The notes beneath the pieces were generated by a model. It was not told the origin of the DNA and searched no databases. It saw nothing but the letters and a program-made list of their open reading frames with translations. A stretch of 64,000 bases of DNA, taken from Gammaproteobacteria bacterium (GTDB lineage Bacteria; Pseudomonadota; Gammaproteobacteria; GCA-002705445; GCA-002716945). The stretch spans positions 32,001-96,000 of the forward strand of contig JBJKYD010000010.1 of NCBI GenBank assembly GCA_045561295.1, written 5' to 3'. This document shows positions 21,821 through 31,953 of the stretch, piece by piece; position 1 is the first letter of the stretch; the number at the start of each line of letters is the position of its first letter. The position numbers and the translations under genes were made by a program.

Positions 21821-24274
21821 ATGATTAAAAAGATATCATATTTTTACGAACACTATATTCTAGGCTACCCAGCTTTGGTTCTCTCACTACTATCAATTAT
21901 ACTTGCGTTCTCGATGAGTAACATAAATAATTTTAAGTTAGATGCATCTGCAGATACCCTAATACTTGATGATGACAAGGACCTAAAATTATTTAGAGAA
22001 ATAAATGATCGATATGAATCAAATGAATTTTTAATTTTAACAGTTACAGATAGAAATAAAGATATTTTTGCTAATGAGACTCTTGAATACATACATAACC
22101 TAACATTAGAAATCGAAGAGTTTGCAAGTGTTCAATCAGTGACAGCAATAACTAACATACCCCTTGTTAGTAGTTCGAAAAAACCTCTAACAGAATTAAT
22201 AAATAATATTCCAAATATTTTTAGTAAAGATATAGATCCTGAGCTTGCACAAGAAGAAATATTAACAAGCCCGATTTATAAAGACTTGGTGATTAGCCAA
22301 GATGCTAAGACGACAGCTATGCAAGTTACTCTTAAAAAAAATACTGAATTAAAAGAGGCGCTTATAAAAAGAGAATTATATTACAAAAAATATAAACAGG
22401 ATGCTTCTTTTGAGACTCAATATCTACTATCAAAGCAAGAATATAATAATATATCTGAAACTCAGAAAAAAAAGATTAGTAACCTCATTAAAGAAATTAG
22501 AAAAGTTCAAGAAAAATATACTAGCGATAGATATGAGATAAGGCTTGGCGGTATACCTATGATTACTGATGATATGGTTACTTTTATAAAAAATGATTTA
22601 ATAAATTTTGGTTTAGGAGTTCTGATATTTATTTTGGCTACATTGGTAATTATATTTAGAAAATTAATATGGGTAATGACGCCAGTAATTAATTGTATTT
22701 ATTCAGTTTTGTTTATGGTTGGTTTGCTGGGTTATCTAGACTGGAAAGTAACGGTGATATCATCAAATTTTATATCATTGATGCTGATTCTGACGCTATC
22801 AATGAATATACACATTATAGTAAGATATCGACAGATATATACCTCCTCAAATCAAGACAAAAAGCTTTCTATAACTCAAACTACTCAAAAAATGATATGG
22901 CCATGTCTATATACAGCTCTAACAACAATAGTTGCATTTGCATCTTTAATATTTAGCGATATTAAACCAGTCATGGATTTTGGCTATATGATGGTACTCG
23001 GGCTTACTACATTATTTTTGACATCATTTTTTCTTCTACCTTGTTTAATCATGATTTTTTCAAATAGAAAAAATTCTATAATCCATGAAAATAAAACAAA
23101 ATTATTTGTTACTGATTTTTTAGCTGGAGTTACTATCAATTCTGGTAAATCTATCTATGTTATATTTACACTAGTAACTCTAGTAACTGTATATGGCTTA
23201 AATCTACTAAAAGTTGAGAACAGCTTTATAAATTATTTTAGATCAGACACAGAAATATATAAAGGTATGCAGCTAATTGACAATGAACTTGGTGGAACAA
23301 CGCCAATGGACATAATTATCAAATTTGATGACGAAAAATTAACTTCTGAAAATGATGAGTTTGAAGATCTATTAGGCGATGAAGATGAGCCTGTAGAATC
23401 AAACTGGTTTACAACTGACAAAATTAATAAAATTAAATATGTTCATGATTATCTAGATAAAAATTATTATATAGGAAAAGTCTTATCTTTTGCGTCCTCA
23501 ATACGTGTTGCTGAAATTGTTAATGATGATAAGGAACTAAATAGTCTTGAAATGTCTCTGCTTTATAAAAAGTTGCCTGATGAAGTTAAAGATATTGCAG
23601 TGACCCCCTATCTATCTATAGATAATAACGAAGCTAGAATTAATATTAGGATTCTAGATTCAAATCCTGATTTGAGAAGAGCTGATCTTATAAATAAAAT
23701 TCAAAATGATTTGAATCAAGACCCATATCTTAAAACAGAAAAAATTACACTTACAGGGATTCTTCTTCTTTATAATAATATGTTACAAAGTTTATTTGAT
23801 TCTCAAATAAAATCTTTAGGTTTTGTGATGTTAATTATAGCTACTATGTTCCTCATTTTATTTAAATCTATTGCATTAATGGTTATAGGAATTGTGCCGA
23901 ATCTGCTTTCAGCATTATTAGTTTTGGGAATAATGGGTATTATGAAATTACCATTAGATATGATGACTATTACTATAGCAGCCATTACTGTAGGTATAGC
24001 CGTAGACAACAGTATTCATTACATTTATAGGTTTAAAGAGGAGTTAAAGACTTGTGGTGACTACGAACAAACAATTCTTATTTGCCACTCAACTATAGGA
24101 AAAGCAATTTTTTTCACAGGTATTACGGTTATATTTGGATTTTCTATACTAATACTATCTAATTTTATACCAACAATAATATTTGGGGTGTTGACTGGTT
24201 TTGCAATGCTTGTTGCGCTGATTGCTGTTCTAACGTTGCTGCCTAGAATGCTTATCTCGTTTAAGCCTATTTAA
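21821..24274 (+). CDS. MMPL/RND-family lipid transporter (HpnN-like)
   Basis: Two repeats of 1 TM + periplasmic domain + 5 TM; [10 protein letters not shown] in the second repeat; 817 aa. Confidence 0.88.
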   Translation: MIKKISYFYEHYILGYPALVLSLLSIILAFSMSNINNFKLDASADTLILDDDKDLKLFREINDRYESNEFLILTVTDRNKDIFANETLEYIHNLTLEIEEFASVQSVTAITNIPLVSSSKKPLTELINNIPNIFSKDIDPELAQEEILTSPIYKDLVISQDAKTTAMQVTLKKNTELKEALIKRELYYKKYKQDASFETQYLLSKQEYNNISETQKKKISNLIKEIRKVQEKYTSDRYEIRLGGIPMITDDMVTFIKNDLINFGLGVLIFILATLVIIFRKLIWVMTPVINCIYSVLFMVGLLGYLDWKVTVISSNFISLMLILTLSMNIHIIVRYRQIYTSSNQDKKLSITQTTQKMIWPCLYTALTTIVAFASLIFSDIKPVMDFGYMMVLGLTTLFLTSFFLLPCLIMIFSNRKNSIIHENKTKLFVTDFLAGVTINSGKSIYVIFTLVTLVTVYGLNLLKVENSFINYFRSDTEIYKGMQLIDNELGGTTPMDIIIKFDDEKLTSENDEFEDLLGDEDEPVESNWFTTDKINKIKYVHDYLDKNYYIGKVLSFASSIRVAEIVNDDKELNSLEMSLLYKKLPDEVKDIAVTPYLSIDNNEARINIRILDSNPDLRRADLINKIQNDLNQDPYLKTEKITLTGILLLYNNMLQSLFDSQIKSLGFVMLIIATMFLILFKSIALMVIGIVPNLLSALLVLGIMGIMKLPLDMMTITIAAITVGIAVDNSIHYIYRFKEELKTCGDYEQTILICHSTIGKAIFFTGITVIFGFSILILSNFIPTIIFGVLTGFAMLVALIAVLTLLPRMLISFKPI

Positions 24275-24281
24275 ATAGGAC

Positions 24282-24863
24282 CTATTGTCCTAGACTATTT
24301 ATAAGGGAGTCAATCCCATTTTTGTTCACATGCTCTCTAAAGTCTGCTCTGTAATTTTTCATTAAACTGATGCCTTCAAAGATAATATCGTAAACTCTCC
24401 AGCCATCCTTATTTTTGATTAATCGATAATCAACATCTATATTACCTGCTGCAATTAGATATTTTGATTTCACAAATGCAATTCTGTTTTTTTTTCCTGG
24501 AACAAAAGGTAAGAATTCTATTTTCTCACCATCAAATGCTGTAATTGATTTCATATATGTGCTCGTCATCCTATATTTAAATGCTTCTACAAAATCAGTT
24601 TTTTGTTGTGGGGTCATATCTGTCCAAATACCTTTACCAAGTATAATTTTGGACATAAGAATAATGTCAAGTTTAGGCATAACAACCAAGTTCATTTGGC
24701 TTCTTAAGAAATCTTCATCTTTCTCAAATCTATCTTTATGCTTAGAAACTAGCGCACTTACCTCCTGGACCGACTTTTTTAAGAAATCATCAGGTCTTTC
24801 CGTTGTATATCCGCTGGATGATATGAATATGAAAATTATGAAGAACGATATTTTTTTAATCAT
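24282..24863 (-). CDS. mlaC: Periplasmic phospholipid-binding protein MlaC/Ttg2D
   Basis: VDYRLxxxxxGWRVYDIIFEGISLMKNYRADF, GIDSLI; start reassigned to ATG 24863 (signal peptide MIKKISFF...). Confidence 0.9.
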   Translation of the reverse strand: MIKKISFFIIFIFISSSGYTTERPDDFLKKSVQEVSALVSKHKDRFEKDEDFLRSQMNLVVMPKLDIILMSKIILGKGIWTDMTPQQKTDFVEAFKYRMTSTYMKSITAFDGEKIEFLPFVPGKKNRIAFVKSKYLIAAGNIDVDYRLIKNKDGWRVYDIIFEGISLMKNYRADFREHVNKNGIDSLINSLGQ

Positions 24864-24891
24864 GTTACATATTTTAGTATATAATCTACTT

Positions 24892-25653
24892 ATGTCACCG
24901 ATTAAATTTAAAAATTTCTTTAGTGTATTAACCGTATCACTAGCTGTTATATTGTCATTTTCATTAGCTCTTAATGCCAAAAATGTATATTCATCAGATG
25001 ATGACCCACTTGAGCCAATAAATAGAGCAATCTTTGGTTTTAATGAAGTAATTGATGATGCAGTATTAGAGCCAGTTGCCAAAGGTTACCGAGCGATTAC
25101 TCCTGATCCAGTTGAAAAAAGTGTGTCGAACTTTTTCAATAATCTAGGAGAAATTAATAATATATTTAATAGCACATTACAGTTAAAGCTAGATAAAACA
25201 CTGTCTTCATCCGCGAGGTTTGTTATAAATTCTACTGTGGGTGTTTTTGGCTTGTTTGATATAGCTACAAGTCTAGGAATTGAGAGACATAGAGAGGATT
25301 TTGGACAAACACTTGGTCATTATGGTGTTCCAGCTGGCCCGTATCTTGTTTTACCTTTTTTTGGACCGAGTACTTTTAGAGATGCACCTGGATTCTATGC
25401 TGACATAGCAGTAGAGAAAAGTATCTCGCCAGTACATACAGAACTTCATCATGAAGAAAGGCAATTAATTCAAGCTACTAATGTTATAGACACCAGGGCA
25501 AACTTGTTACAAGCAACAAAAATCTTAGATACTGCAGCAAAAGATAAATATATATTTTTAAGGGAATCATATCTTCAAAAAAGAACAAAAATGATTGCGG
25601 ATGGCAAAAATGTCCAAGATTTTGAAATCGATGTTCTTGAAATTAACTACTAG
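24892..25653 (+). CDS. mlaA: VacJ/MlaA family outer-membrane lipid asymmetry protein (no lipobox Cys)
   Basis: DPLEPINRAIFGFN, RFVINSTVGVFGLFD, EDFGQTLGHYGVPAGPYLVLPFFGPSTFRD, DKYIFLRESYLQ; start reassigned to ATG 24892. Confidence 0.92.
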   Translation: MSPIKFKNFFSVLTVSLAVILSFSLALNAKNVYSSDDDPLEPINRAIFGFNEVIDDAVLEPVAKGYRAITPDPVEKSVSNFFNNLGEINNIFNSTLQLKLDKTLSSSARFVINSTVGVFGLFDIATSLGIERHREDFGQTLGHYGVPAGPYLVLPFFGPSTFRDAPGFYADIAVEKSISPVHTELHHEERQLIQATNVIDTRANLLQATKILDTAAKDKYIFLRESYLQKRTKMIADGKNVQDFEIDVLEINY

Positions 25654-25683
25654 TTCAACACTTAACATAATCTAATTATAAAT

Positions 25684-26610
25684 ATGATGATAGAATCCAT
25701 ATCTATCTTGTTAATAGGACTAGCACTATTATTAATAGGATCTAATCTTTTAGTCGCATCAACTGATAATGCTTCTAAGCGTTTTTCGATATCTGGCTTT
25801 TATGCAAGTTTCTTTATGATTGGTATAGCAACATCAGCACCTGAAATTTTTATATCAATCGAATCAGCTCTTCAAGATAAAACAATTTTAGCAATAGGAA
25901 ATGCCCTTGGTTCAAATATCTCAAACATAGCTTTAGTATTTTGTATTTCTCTTTTTTTTATTAAAGGAGATTTGATAAAAGAGAATCTTCCTATAAGGCC
26001 CTATGCGAGTATGATCATATTGACTATTTCAGCTTTCGTATTAATGTTTTTTGATGAACGTCTTGATATAAAAGACTCTTTAATATTGATTGTACTACTA
26101 ATATTATGCGTGAATTTTTTTCAACCTCCAGAGGACAAAAAGCCTGCTGATAACAAAGGGAGCGCTAGTTTATCAAATATAATTTTTTATCTATTACTAA
26201 GTTTAGCGATGTTAATATTTGGATCAACCTACTTCATAAATGGTGCAACTCAAATTGCAACAGCTCTAGGTGTAAGCGCATACGTAATTGGTCTTACGTT
26301 AGCCGCATTAGGGACAAGTTTACCTGAACTTGCTGCTAGTATTCAATCTGCAAGAAAAGGGAAATTTGATTTTATAATTGGAAATATTATTGGCTCAAAT
26401 CTCTTTAATATTGCAATAGCTATGTCGATTGCTGGGATAATCAGCTCTTCACATATAGAATCTGACGCTCTTGTAAGAGATATCATGATGCTTGGATTGT
26501 CAACATTAGTTCTCTACCTTATTATTCAATCAAATAGTATGTTTAGAACTGTATATTCAGTGGCATTAGTAATAACATACTTTTTATACTTAACGTTAAT
26601 TTTAAAATGA
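25684..26610 (+). CDS. yrbG: Ca2+/Na+ antiporter family protein (YrbG-like)
   Basis: Alpha repeats ATSAPE...GNALGSNISN and GTSLPE...GNIIGSNLFN; upstream of kdsD. Confidence 0.88.
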   Translation: MMIESISILLIGLALLLIGSNLLVASTDNASKRFSISGFYASFFMIGIATSAPEIFISIESALQDKTILAIGNALGSNISNIALVFCISLFFIKGDLIKENLPIRPYASMIILTISAFVLMFFDERLDIKDSLILIVLLILCVNFFQPPEDKKPADNKGSASLSNIIFYLLLSLAMLIFGSTYFINGATQIATALGVSAYVIGLTLAALGTSLPELAASIQSARKGKFDFIIGNIIGSNLFNIAIAMSIAGIISSSHIESDALVRDIMMLGLSTLVLYLIIQSNSMFRTVYSVALVITYFLYLTLILK

Positions 26611-27575
26611 TAATGAAAAATAAATCTAATATTAGCCTTGCAACAGAAATTATTAAAACTGAGATAACAGCCCTAACAAGGACTTTGAAAAGGATTGATT
26701 CAAGCTTTGATAGAGCATGTGAATTGATTAAAAAGAACTCAGGAAAAGTAGTTACAATAGGTCTTGGTAAGTCAGGATATATTGCTATGAAAATGGCTGC
26801 CACGTTAAGTAGTACTGGAACTCCGTCGATTTTTATACATGCTACAGAGGCTCTTCATGGTGACATGGGTGTTATAAATTCAAATGATATAATTATATTT
26901 TATTCCAATTCTGGAGATACTGAAGAAATAGTTAAGCTTGTGCCTTTGCTAAAAGTTCTCAAATGCAAAATAATTTCAATCACAGGTAATAAAAAATCAC
27001 AGCTAGCAAAATATTCAGATTTGGTTCTAGATGCCTCTGTTACCAAAGAAGCCTGTCCAAATAACCTAGCCCCAACATCGAGTGTTATGTGTGCACTAGC
27101 TATTTCTGATGCCTTAGCTCTGACAGTCTCATCAAAAAAGAATTTTACAATGAAAGATTTCGCCAAGACTCATCCAGAGGGTTCTCTTGGTAAAAGATTA
27201 TTAAAAAATGTTCAAGACATAATGATCAAGAAAAATATTCCTAAAATAAATATAGATGTAAGCTTCTCTGAGCTTATCAATATGACTACAGAATATAATT
27301 TAGGAATTGCTTTAATTATAAATAAAGAAAAAAAATTAGTAGGAGTAATAACTGATGGCGATATAAAAAGAATAATGAATGCTCATAAGAATATTGATGA
27401 GATTCTAGTCAAGAATGTAATGACAAGAAAGCCTTTACATGTAAGTAGTGATATCCTCGCAGCTGAAGCATTATCAGTTCTCGAGAAAAATAATATTAGC
27501 GTATTGCCTGTAATAGATAAATCGGCAATTAAAGGTATCATTACCATGCAAGATCTAATTAAATCTATTAACTAA
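26607..27575 (+). CDS. kdsD: Arabinose-5-phosphate isomerase
   Basis: GLGKSGYIA, EALHGDMG, EACPNNLAPTSS, HPEGSLG; two CBS domains. Confidence 0.95.
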   Translation: MIMKNKSNISLATEIIKTEITALTRTLKRIDSSFDRACELIKKNSGKVVTIGLGKSGYIAMKMAATLSSTGTPSIFIHATEALHGDMGVINSNDIIIFYSNSGDTEEIVKLVPLLKVLKCKIISITGNKKSQLAKYSDLVLDASVTKEACPNNLAPTSSVMCALAISDALALTVSSKKNFTMKDFAKTHPEGSLGKRLLKNVQDIMIKKNIPKINIDVSFSELINMTTEYNLGIALIINKEKKLVGVITDGDIKRIMNAHKNIDEILVKNVMTRKPLHVSSDILAAEALSVLEKNNISVLPVIDKSAIKGIITMQDLIKSIN

Positions 27576-27576
27576 A

Positions 27577-28122
27577 ATGATTAACAAGTCAACATATATA
27601 AAATTAGCAGAGAAATTATACACAGATAAGCTTATTGATAAGGCTAGTAAGATAGAATTGCTAGCATTTGATGTAGATGGTGTTCTTACAGATGGCGGGT
27701 TATATTTTGATCATAATGGTAACGAGAGTAAGAGATTTTATGCACAAGATGGACATGGAATAAAAATATTACAATCAATTGATATTGATATAATGATTAT
27801 ATCTGGTCGTTATTCGAAATGTGTAAAAGAAAGAGGAGAAGAACTTGGCATCCAAAGAATTATTCAAGGTAGCAGGGATAAACTAAAATCATTTCATGAA
27901 CATAAAATAAATCTACCAAAAGAAAAGTTATGTTATGTTGGTGATGATACCGTTGACGTTGAACTTCTACAGTTTTGCGGGTTATCGGTAATTGTTCCAA
28001 ATGCTAATCCAATACTGAATCTATTAAATTTTGACTGGGTAACTCCTAGACGAGGAGGAAATGGGGCAATTAGAGATATCTGTGATTTAATATACTTTTC
28101 TAAAATAATTAATGCTCAGTAA
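27577..28122 (+). CDS. kdsC: KDO-8-phosphate phosphatase
   Basis: FDVDGVLTDG, QDGHGIK, YVGDD, GGNGAIRDICD. Confidence 0.95.
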   Translation: MINKSTYIKLAEKLYTDKLIDKASKIELLAFDVDGVLTDGGLYFDHNGNESKRFYAQDGHGIKILQSIDIDIMIISGRYSKCVKERGEELGIQRIIQGSRDKLKSFHEHKINLPKEKLCYVGDDTVDVELLQFCGLSVIVPNANPILNLLNFDWVTPRRGGNGAIRDICDLIYFSKIINAQ

Positions 28123-28780
28123 AATTAAAGTCCGGCTTATCTTCTTTATATATCTTCTTTCAAGTACAACTGTTTTTGGGAATTCGTCAGAAAGTAATAT
28201 TTTGATCAAAAATCAATTATATAATTTTTCTACGATAAAAAATAACAAAGATATGACAATTGATTGGGAACTTAAAGGAAGCATGTTGACAAAATACAGC
28301 AATAATATAACCCTAATTGAAAAACCATTTCTCAATATATATAAGACTACATCTACAGTTGATATAAAATCTGATACTGCCATAGATCCATCAGGTAATA
28401 TGGAAGAAATATATTTAAAAGATAATGTATTTATTAATAGAGAATATCTTCTAGATGATATTTCAATGAAGATGTATACATCTTATGCAATTTTCTATGT
28501 ATCAAAAAATTTATTTGAAACTGATCGTGATGTTACAATCATTACTTCTGATTCTACAACGACTGGTTCAGGTTTATCTGCTAACATGGATACTGGCATT
28601 ATCAGAATTTTAAGTAATGCTAAGAGAATAGTAAGAGATAATGATAAGTCTAGAACAATTGAAGGTAATCAAATGATTTATGATGCTAATAAAGAGAAAT
28701 GGACAGTCAAAGATGTAGCTGCAAATAATTTAAAAAAAATAATTACAAAAAAAGTTACTACAACATTTTACGTCAAATAA
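28112..28780 (+). CDS. lptC: LptC-like LPS export protein with an LptA-like C-terminal extension
   Basis: Lies between kdsC and lptB; LptC beta-jellyroll pattern (ETDRDVTI...TTGSGLSANMDTGIIRILSN) plus about 45 extra residues. Confidence 0.72.
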   Translation: MLSKIKVRLIFFIYLLSSTTVFGNSSESNILIKNQLYNFSTIKNNKDMTIDWELKGSMLTKYSNNITLIEKPFLNIYKTTSTVDIKSDTAIDPSGNMEEIYLKDNVFINREYLLDDISMKMYTSYAIFYVSKNLFETDRDVTIITSDSTTTGSGLSANMDTGIIRILSNAKRIVRDNDKSRTIEGNQMIYDANKEKWTVKDVAANNLKKIITKKVTTTFYVK

Positions 28781-28781
28781 T

Positions 28782-29507
28782 ATGTCTATTCTTAAATGCA
28801 ATAATCTTGAAAAGAATTATAACACAAAAAAAGTTGTTCAAGATATATCTATAGAGGTTGCTTCCGGAGAAATTATTGGTTTGCTTGGTCCTAATGGAGC
28901 TGGTAAGACAACAACTTTTTACATGATAGTAGGCCTTATAAAATCAGATTTAGGCTCTATAATAATTGATGATGTAGATATTACCTTGGTACCAATTCAT
29001 AAAAGATTTGAATATGGAATTAGTTATTTACCTCAAGAGCCTTCAATCTTCCGCAACATGACCGCACTTGATAATATTAAGGCAATATTAGAGACAGACA
29101 ATAAATTGAGTAAACAGAAAAAGAAAGATATCCTTGATGAACTAATTATTAGGTTTGATCTTAAAAATTTCTTAAATACCCAAGGTATGCAGCTTTCAGG
29201 TGGCGAAAGGAGAAGAGTTGAAATTGCAAGAGCATTAGCCTTAAGACCTAAGTTCCTACTTTTAGATGAGCCCTTTGCAGGAATTGATCCTCTTTCCGTA
29301 ATAGATATTCAGGAAATAATTAAAGAACTGTCGCTAGCTAATATAGGTATCTTAATCACAGATCATAACGTTAGAGAAACCTTAAAAATATGTGATAAAT
29401 CCTATGTAGTAAATACCGGACAAGTACTTGCTTCAGGTAAAACAAAAGATTTGATTAAAAATGAGACTGTCAAAAAGGTATATCTAGGTGAAAAATTTAA
29501 ACTATGA
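28782..29507 (+). CDS. lptB: LPS export ABC ATPase
   Basis: GPNGAGKTTTFYMIVG, YLPQEPSIFR, LSGGERRRVEIARAL, LITDHNVRETL. Confidence 0.97.
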   Translation: MSILKCNNLEKNYNTKKVVQDISIEVASGEIIGLLGPNGAGKTTTFYMIVGLIKSDLGSIIIDDVDITLVPIHKRFEYGISYLPQEPSIFRNMTALDNIKAILETDNKLSKQKKKDILDELIIRFDLKNFLNTQGMQLSGGERRRVEIARALALRPKFLLLDEPFAGIDPLSVIDIQEIIKELSLANIGILITDHNVRETLKICDKSYVVNTGQVLASGKTKDLIKNETVKKVYLGEKFKL

Positions 29508-30838
29508 ATAAATTAAAACAATCCATTCACCTAAAACAAAAAAAAATCTTGTCGCACCAGACAAGACAAGCCATTAACATTTTACAACTAAACTCTCTTG
29601 ACCTACACAAAGAAATAGAAAATATTATTCTTGAGAATCCTTTTCTTGAAAAAGAAGTAGATATGGAACCTAGTTATAACTTGGAACATTCTGTTCGATC
29701 TAATAATGCTGATATTGAAGATATATTAAGCTATCACTATGACTCAGATAATTTAAGAGAATATTTAAATAAACAACTTGATACATCCTCATTTTCTGAA
29801 GAAGAAAAAAAAGTAGCTTTAATAATAATTGATTGTGTAGATGATAACGGCTATCTAACTGAAGATTTAAGAGAGATATTCATAGAAGCTAATAGAATAA
29901 GTGAAGTATCTTTTCAAGATATATTCTATATACTTCATACTCTCCAAAGATTTGATCCTGTTGGTACCTGCGCTATTGACCTATGTGACTCGTTAAATAT
30001 TCAGCTAGATCATTACCATAAACAATCAGATTATTATGATAATGCAAAAGATATACTAGATACTCTTAAAGGTGTAGATATTAATGAAAAGTTGAATTTT
30101 GATAGAGTAATCAAATTAATAACTAATGATGAAATTTCTAATGAAAAAACTCTAGCTCTTTTAAAAAGACTTAATCCAAAACCTGGATTAATAATCTCTA
30201 AAAAACTTAATACTTATCATATCTATCCTGATGTAATAATCTTTAAAAGAAATAATCAGTGGATAGTTGAATCAACAAAGAACACTCCTGTTCTCACTAT
30301 GAATAGAGAATATATTTCACTGATGAAAGATAGTAAAATTAAGTCAGATAAGGATTATTTAGAAAAAAACTATAATCAAGCAAAATTTATTATTAAATCT
30401 ATCAGCAATAGAAATATAACCATACTTAATGTATGTAATGAGATATTTAAAAGGCAATCAAAATTTTTAAATGATGGTGATATTGGAATAGTACCAATGA
30501 CTTTAAAAGAAATATCTAATTCTTTAGATGTACATGAATCTACAGTATCAAGGGCCACCAACAATAAATATGTACAAACCCCAAGAGGAGTATATGAACT
30601 TAAGTATTTCTTTTCATCAGAATTAAGCACTAATACTGGTAAAATGGTATCTTCAAAAGCGATAATGAAAATGATTGATGAGATCATTAAAAATGAAGAC
30701 AAAATGAAGCCCTCAAGCGATAGCCAAATTTCAAAATACTTCGAAGATCAAGGAATTTCTGTTGCCAGAAGGACAGTGACGAAGTATAGAGAGAAATTAA
30801 ACATAGAAAAATCAACAGAAAGAAGAGTTAAGAATTGA
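29504..30838 (+). CDS. rpoN: RNA polymerase sigma-54
   Basis: Region I (QAINILQL...ENPFLE), HESTVSRATNNKY, ELKYFF, RpoN box ARRTVTKYRE. Confidence 0.96.
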   Translation: MNKLKQSIHLKQKKILSHQTRQAINILQLNSLDLHKEIENIILENPFLEKEVDMEPSYNLEHSVRSNNADIEDILSYHYDSDNLREYLNKQLDTSSFSEEEKKVALIIIDCVDDNGYLTEDLREIFIEANRISEVSFQDIFYILHTLQRFDPVGTCAIDLCDSLNIQLDHYHKQSDYYDNAKDILDTLKGVDINEKLNFDRVIKLITNDEISNEKTLALLKRLNPKPGLIISKKLNTYHIYPDVIIFKRNNQWIVESTKNTPVLTMNREYISLMKDSKIKSDKDYLEKNYNQAKFIIKSISNRNITILNVCNEIFKRQSKFLNDGDIGIVPMTLKEISNSLDVHESTVSRATNNKYVQTPRGVYELKYFFSSELSTNTGKMVSSKAIMKMIDEIIKNEDKMKPSSDSQISKYFEDQGISVARRTVTKYREKLNIEKSTERRVKN

Positions 30839-30839
30839 A

Positions 30840-31298
30840 ATGATAAACATTAAACTAGATGACTCTCAAATAAGCATAAATGATGATTGTAGAAGTAAAA
30901 AAAGTATATTAGAGAGATTGTCTTTATTATTAAGTAAGTCCTCTGGGATTAGTACTGACGAGATATTTGCTGGTTTATACGAAAGAGAAAAATTAGGATC
31001 TACATCAGTTGGCAATGGCGTAGCTATACCTCATGCAAGAATTAAAGGCATTAATCATCCATTTGTTTCAGTAATTATACTAGATAACCCAATTGACTTT
31101 GATAATATTGATAGCCTTGATGTAGATATTGTTGTTTGTTTAATTGTTCCTACTGAAGAGACAGAAAATCATCTTACTCTGTTGGCATGTTTAAGCGAGA
31201 TTCTTGATAAAATATCAAATAGGAAAAAACTGAGAAGCGCCAGAAATAGCGAAGAAATATTACATTGCTTGGAATCAACTGACTTGATATTTATATAG
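30840..31298 (+). CDS. ptsN: PTS IIA nitrogen-type protein
   Basis: EREKLGSTSVGNGVAIPHAR; follows rpoN. Confidence 0.9.
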   Translation: MINIKLDDSQISINDDCRSKKSILERLSLLLSKSSGISTDEIFAGLYEREKLGSTSVGNGVAIPHARIKGINHPFVSVIILDNPIDFDNIDSLDVDIVVCLIVPTEETENHLTLLACLSEILDKISNRKKLRSARNSEEILHCLESTDLIFI

Positions 31299-31679
31299 AT
31301 GAACGTAGGTATATTAATAATTACCCATAGTGACATTGGCAAGCAAATGCTGCTTACTGCGACTTCTGTCTATGGAAATAATCCTTTTCGCGTTGAGTTG
31401 TTATCGGTTGATAATTATGACCAACCGAATGATGTAATCCAACTTGGTCAAAAATATGTCAATTTTTTAGATGAAGGAAAGGGAGTTTTGGTTTTAACAG
31501 ATATAATTGGAACTACTCCATCTAATATTGCTAAATCTATTAAACATCAGAAGATTAGAATTGTAGCAGGATTAAATTTATCAATGATTTTAAATGTTTT
31601 TAACTACCCTAAATATTCCCTTGAAAATCTTGCTGAAAAAGCAATTGAGGGAGGTATTGACGGTATCATGAATCTATAG
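31299..31679 (+). CDS. Stand-alone PTS EIIA, mannose/fructose type
   Basis: GILIITH, GVLVLTDIIGTTPSNIA, AGLNLSM. Confidence 0.9.
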   Translation: MNVGILIITHSDIGKQMLLTATSVYGNNPFRVELLSVDNYDQPNDVIQLGQKYVNFLDEGKGVLVLTDIIGTTPSNIAKSIKHQKIRIVAGLNLSMILNVFNYPKYSLENLAEKAIEGGIDGIMNL

Positions 31680-31683
31680 AAAT

Positions 31684-31953
31684 ATGATTACTAAAGATTT
31701 ACATGTGTTAAACAAACTTGGACTTCATGCAAGAGCAGCTGCAAAATTGGTTTTCATAGCAAATAAATTCGTATCTGATATTACTCTTGTAAAAGATGAC
31801 AAACAGGCAGATGCTAGAAGTATTATGAAAATACTCATGCTGTCTGCTTCGAGAGACTCTATTATAAATATTACTGTTGAAGGTAACGATGAAATTCAAG
31901 CAATGAATTCTATAGAAAAACTATTTCAAAATAAATTTGATGAAGATTCATGA
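31684..31953 (+). CDS. ptsH: Phosphocarrier HPr/NPr
   Basis: NKLGLHARAAAK (His15) and ARSIM (Ser46). Confidence 0.92.
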   Translation: MITKDLHVLNKLGLHARAAAKLVFIANKFVSDITLVKDDKQADARSIMKILMLSASRDSIINITVEGNDEIQAMNSIEKLFQNKFDEDS

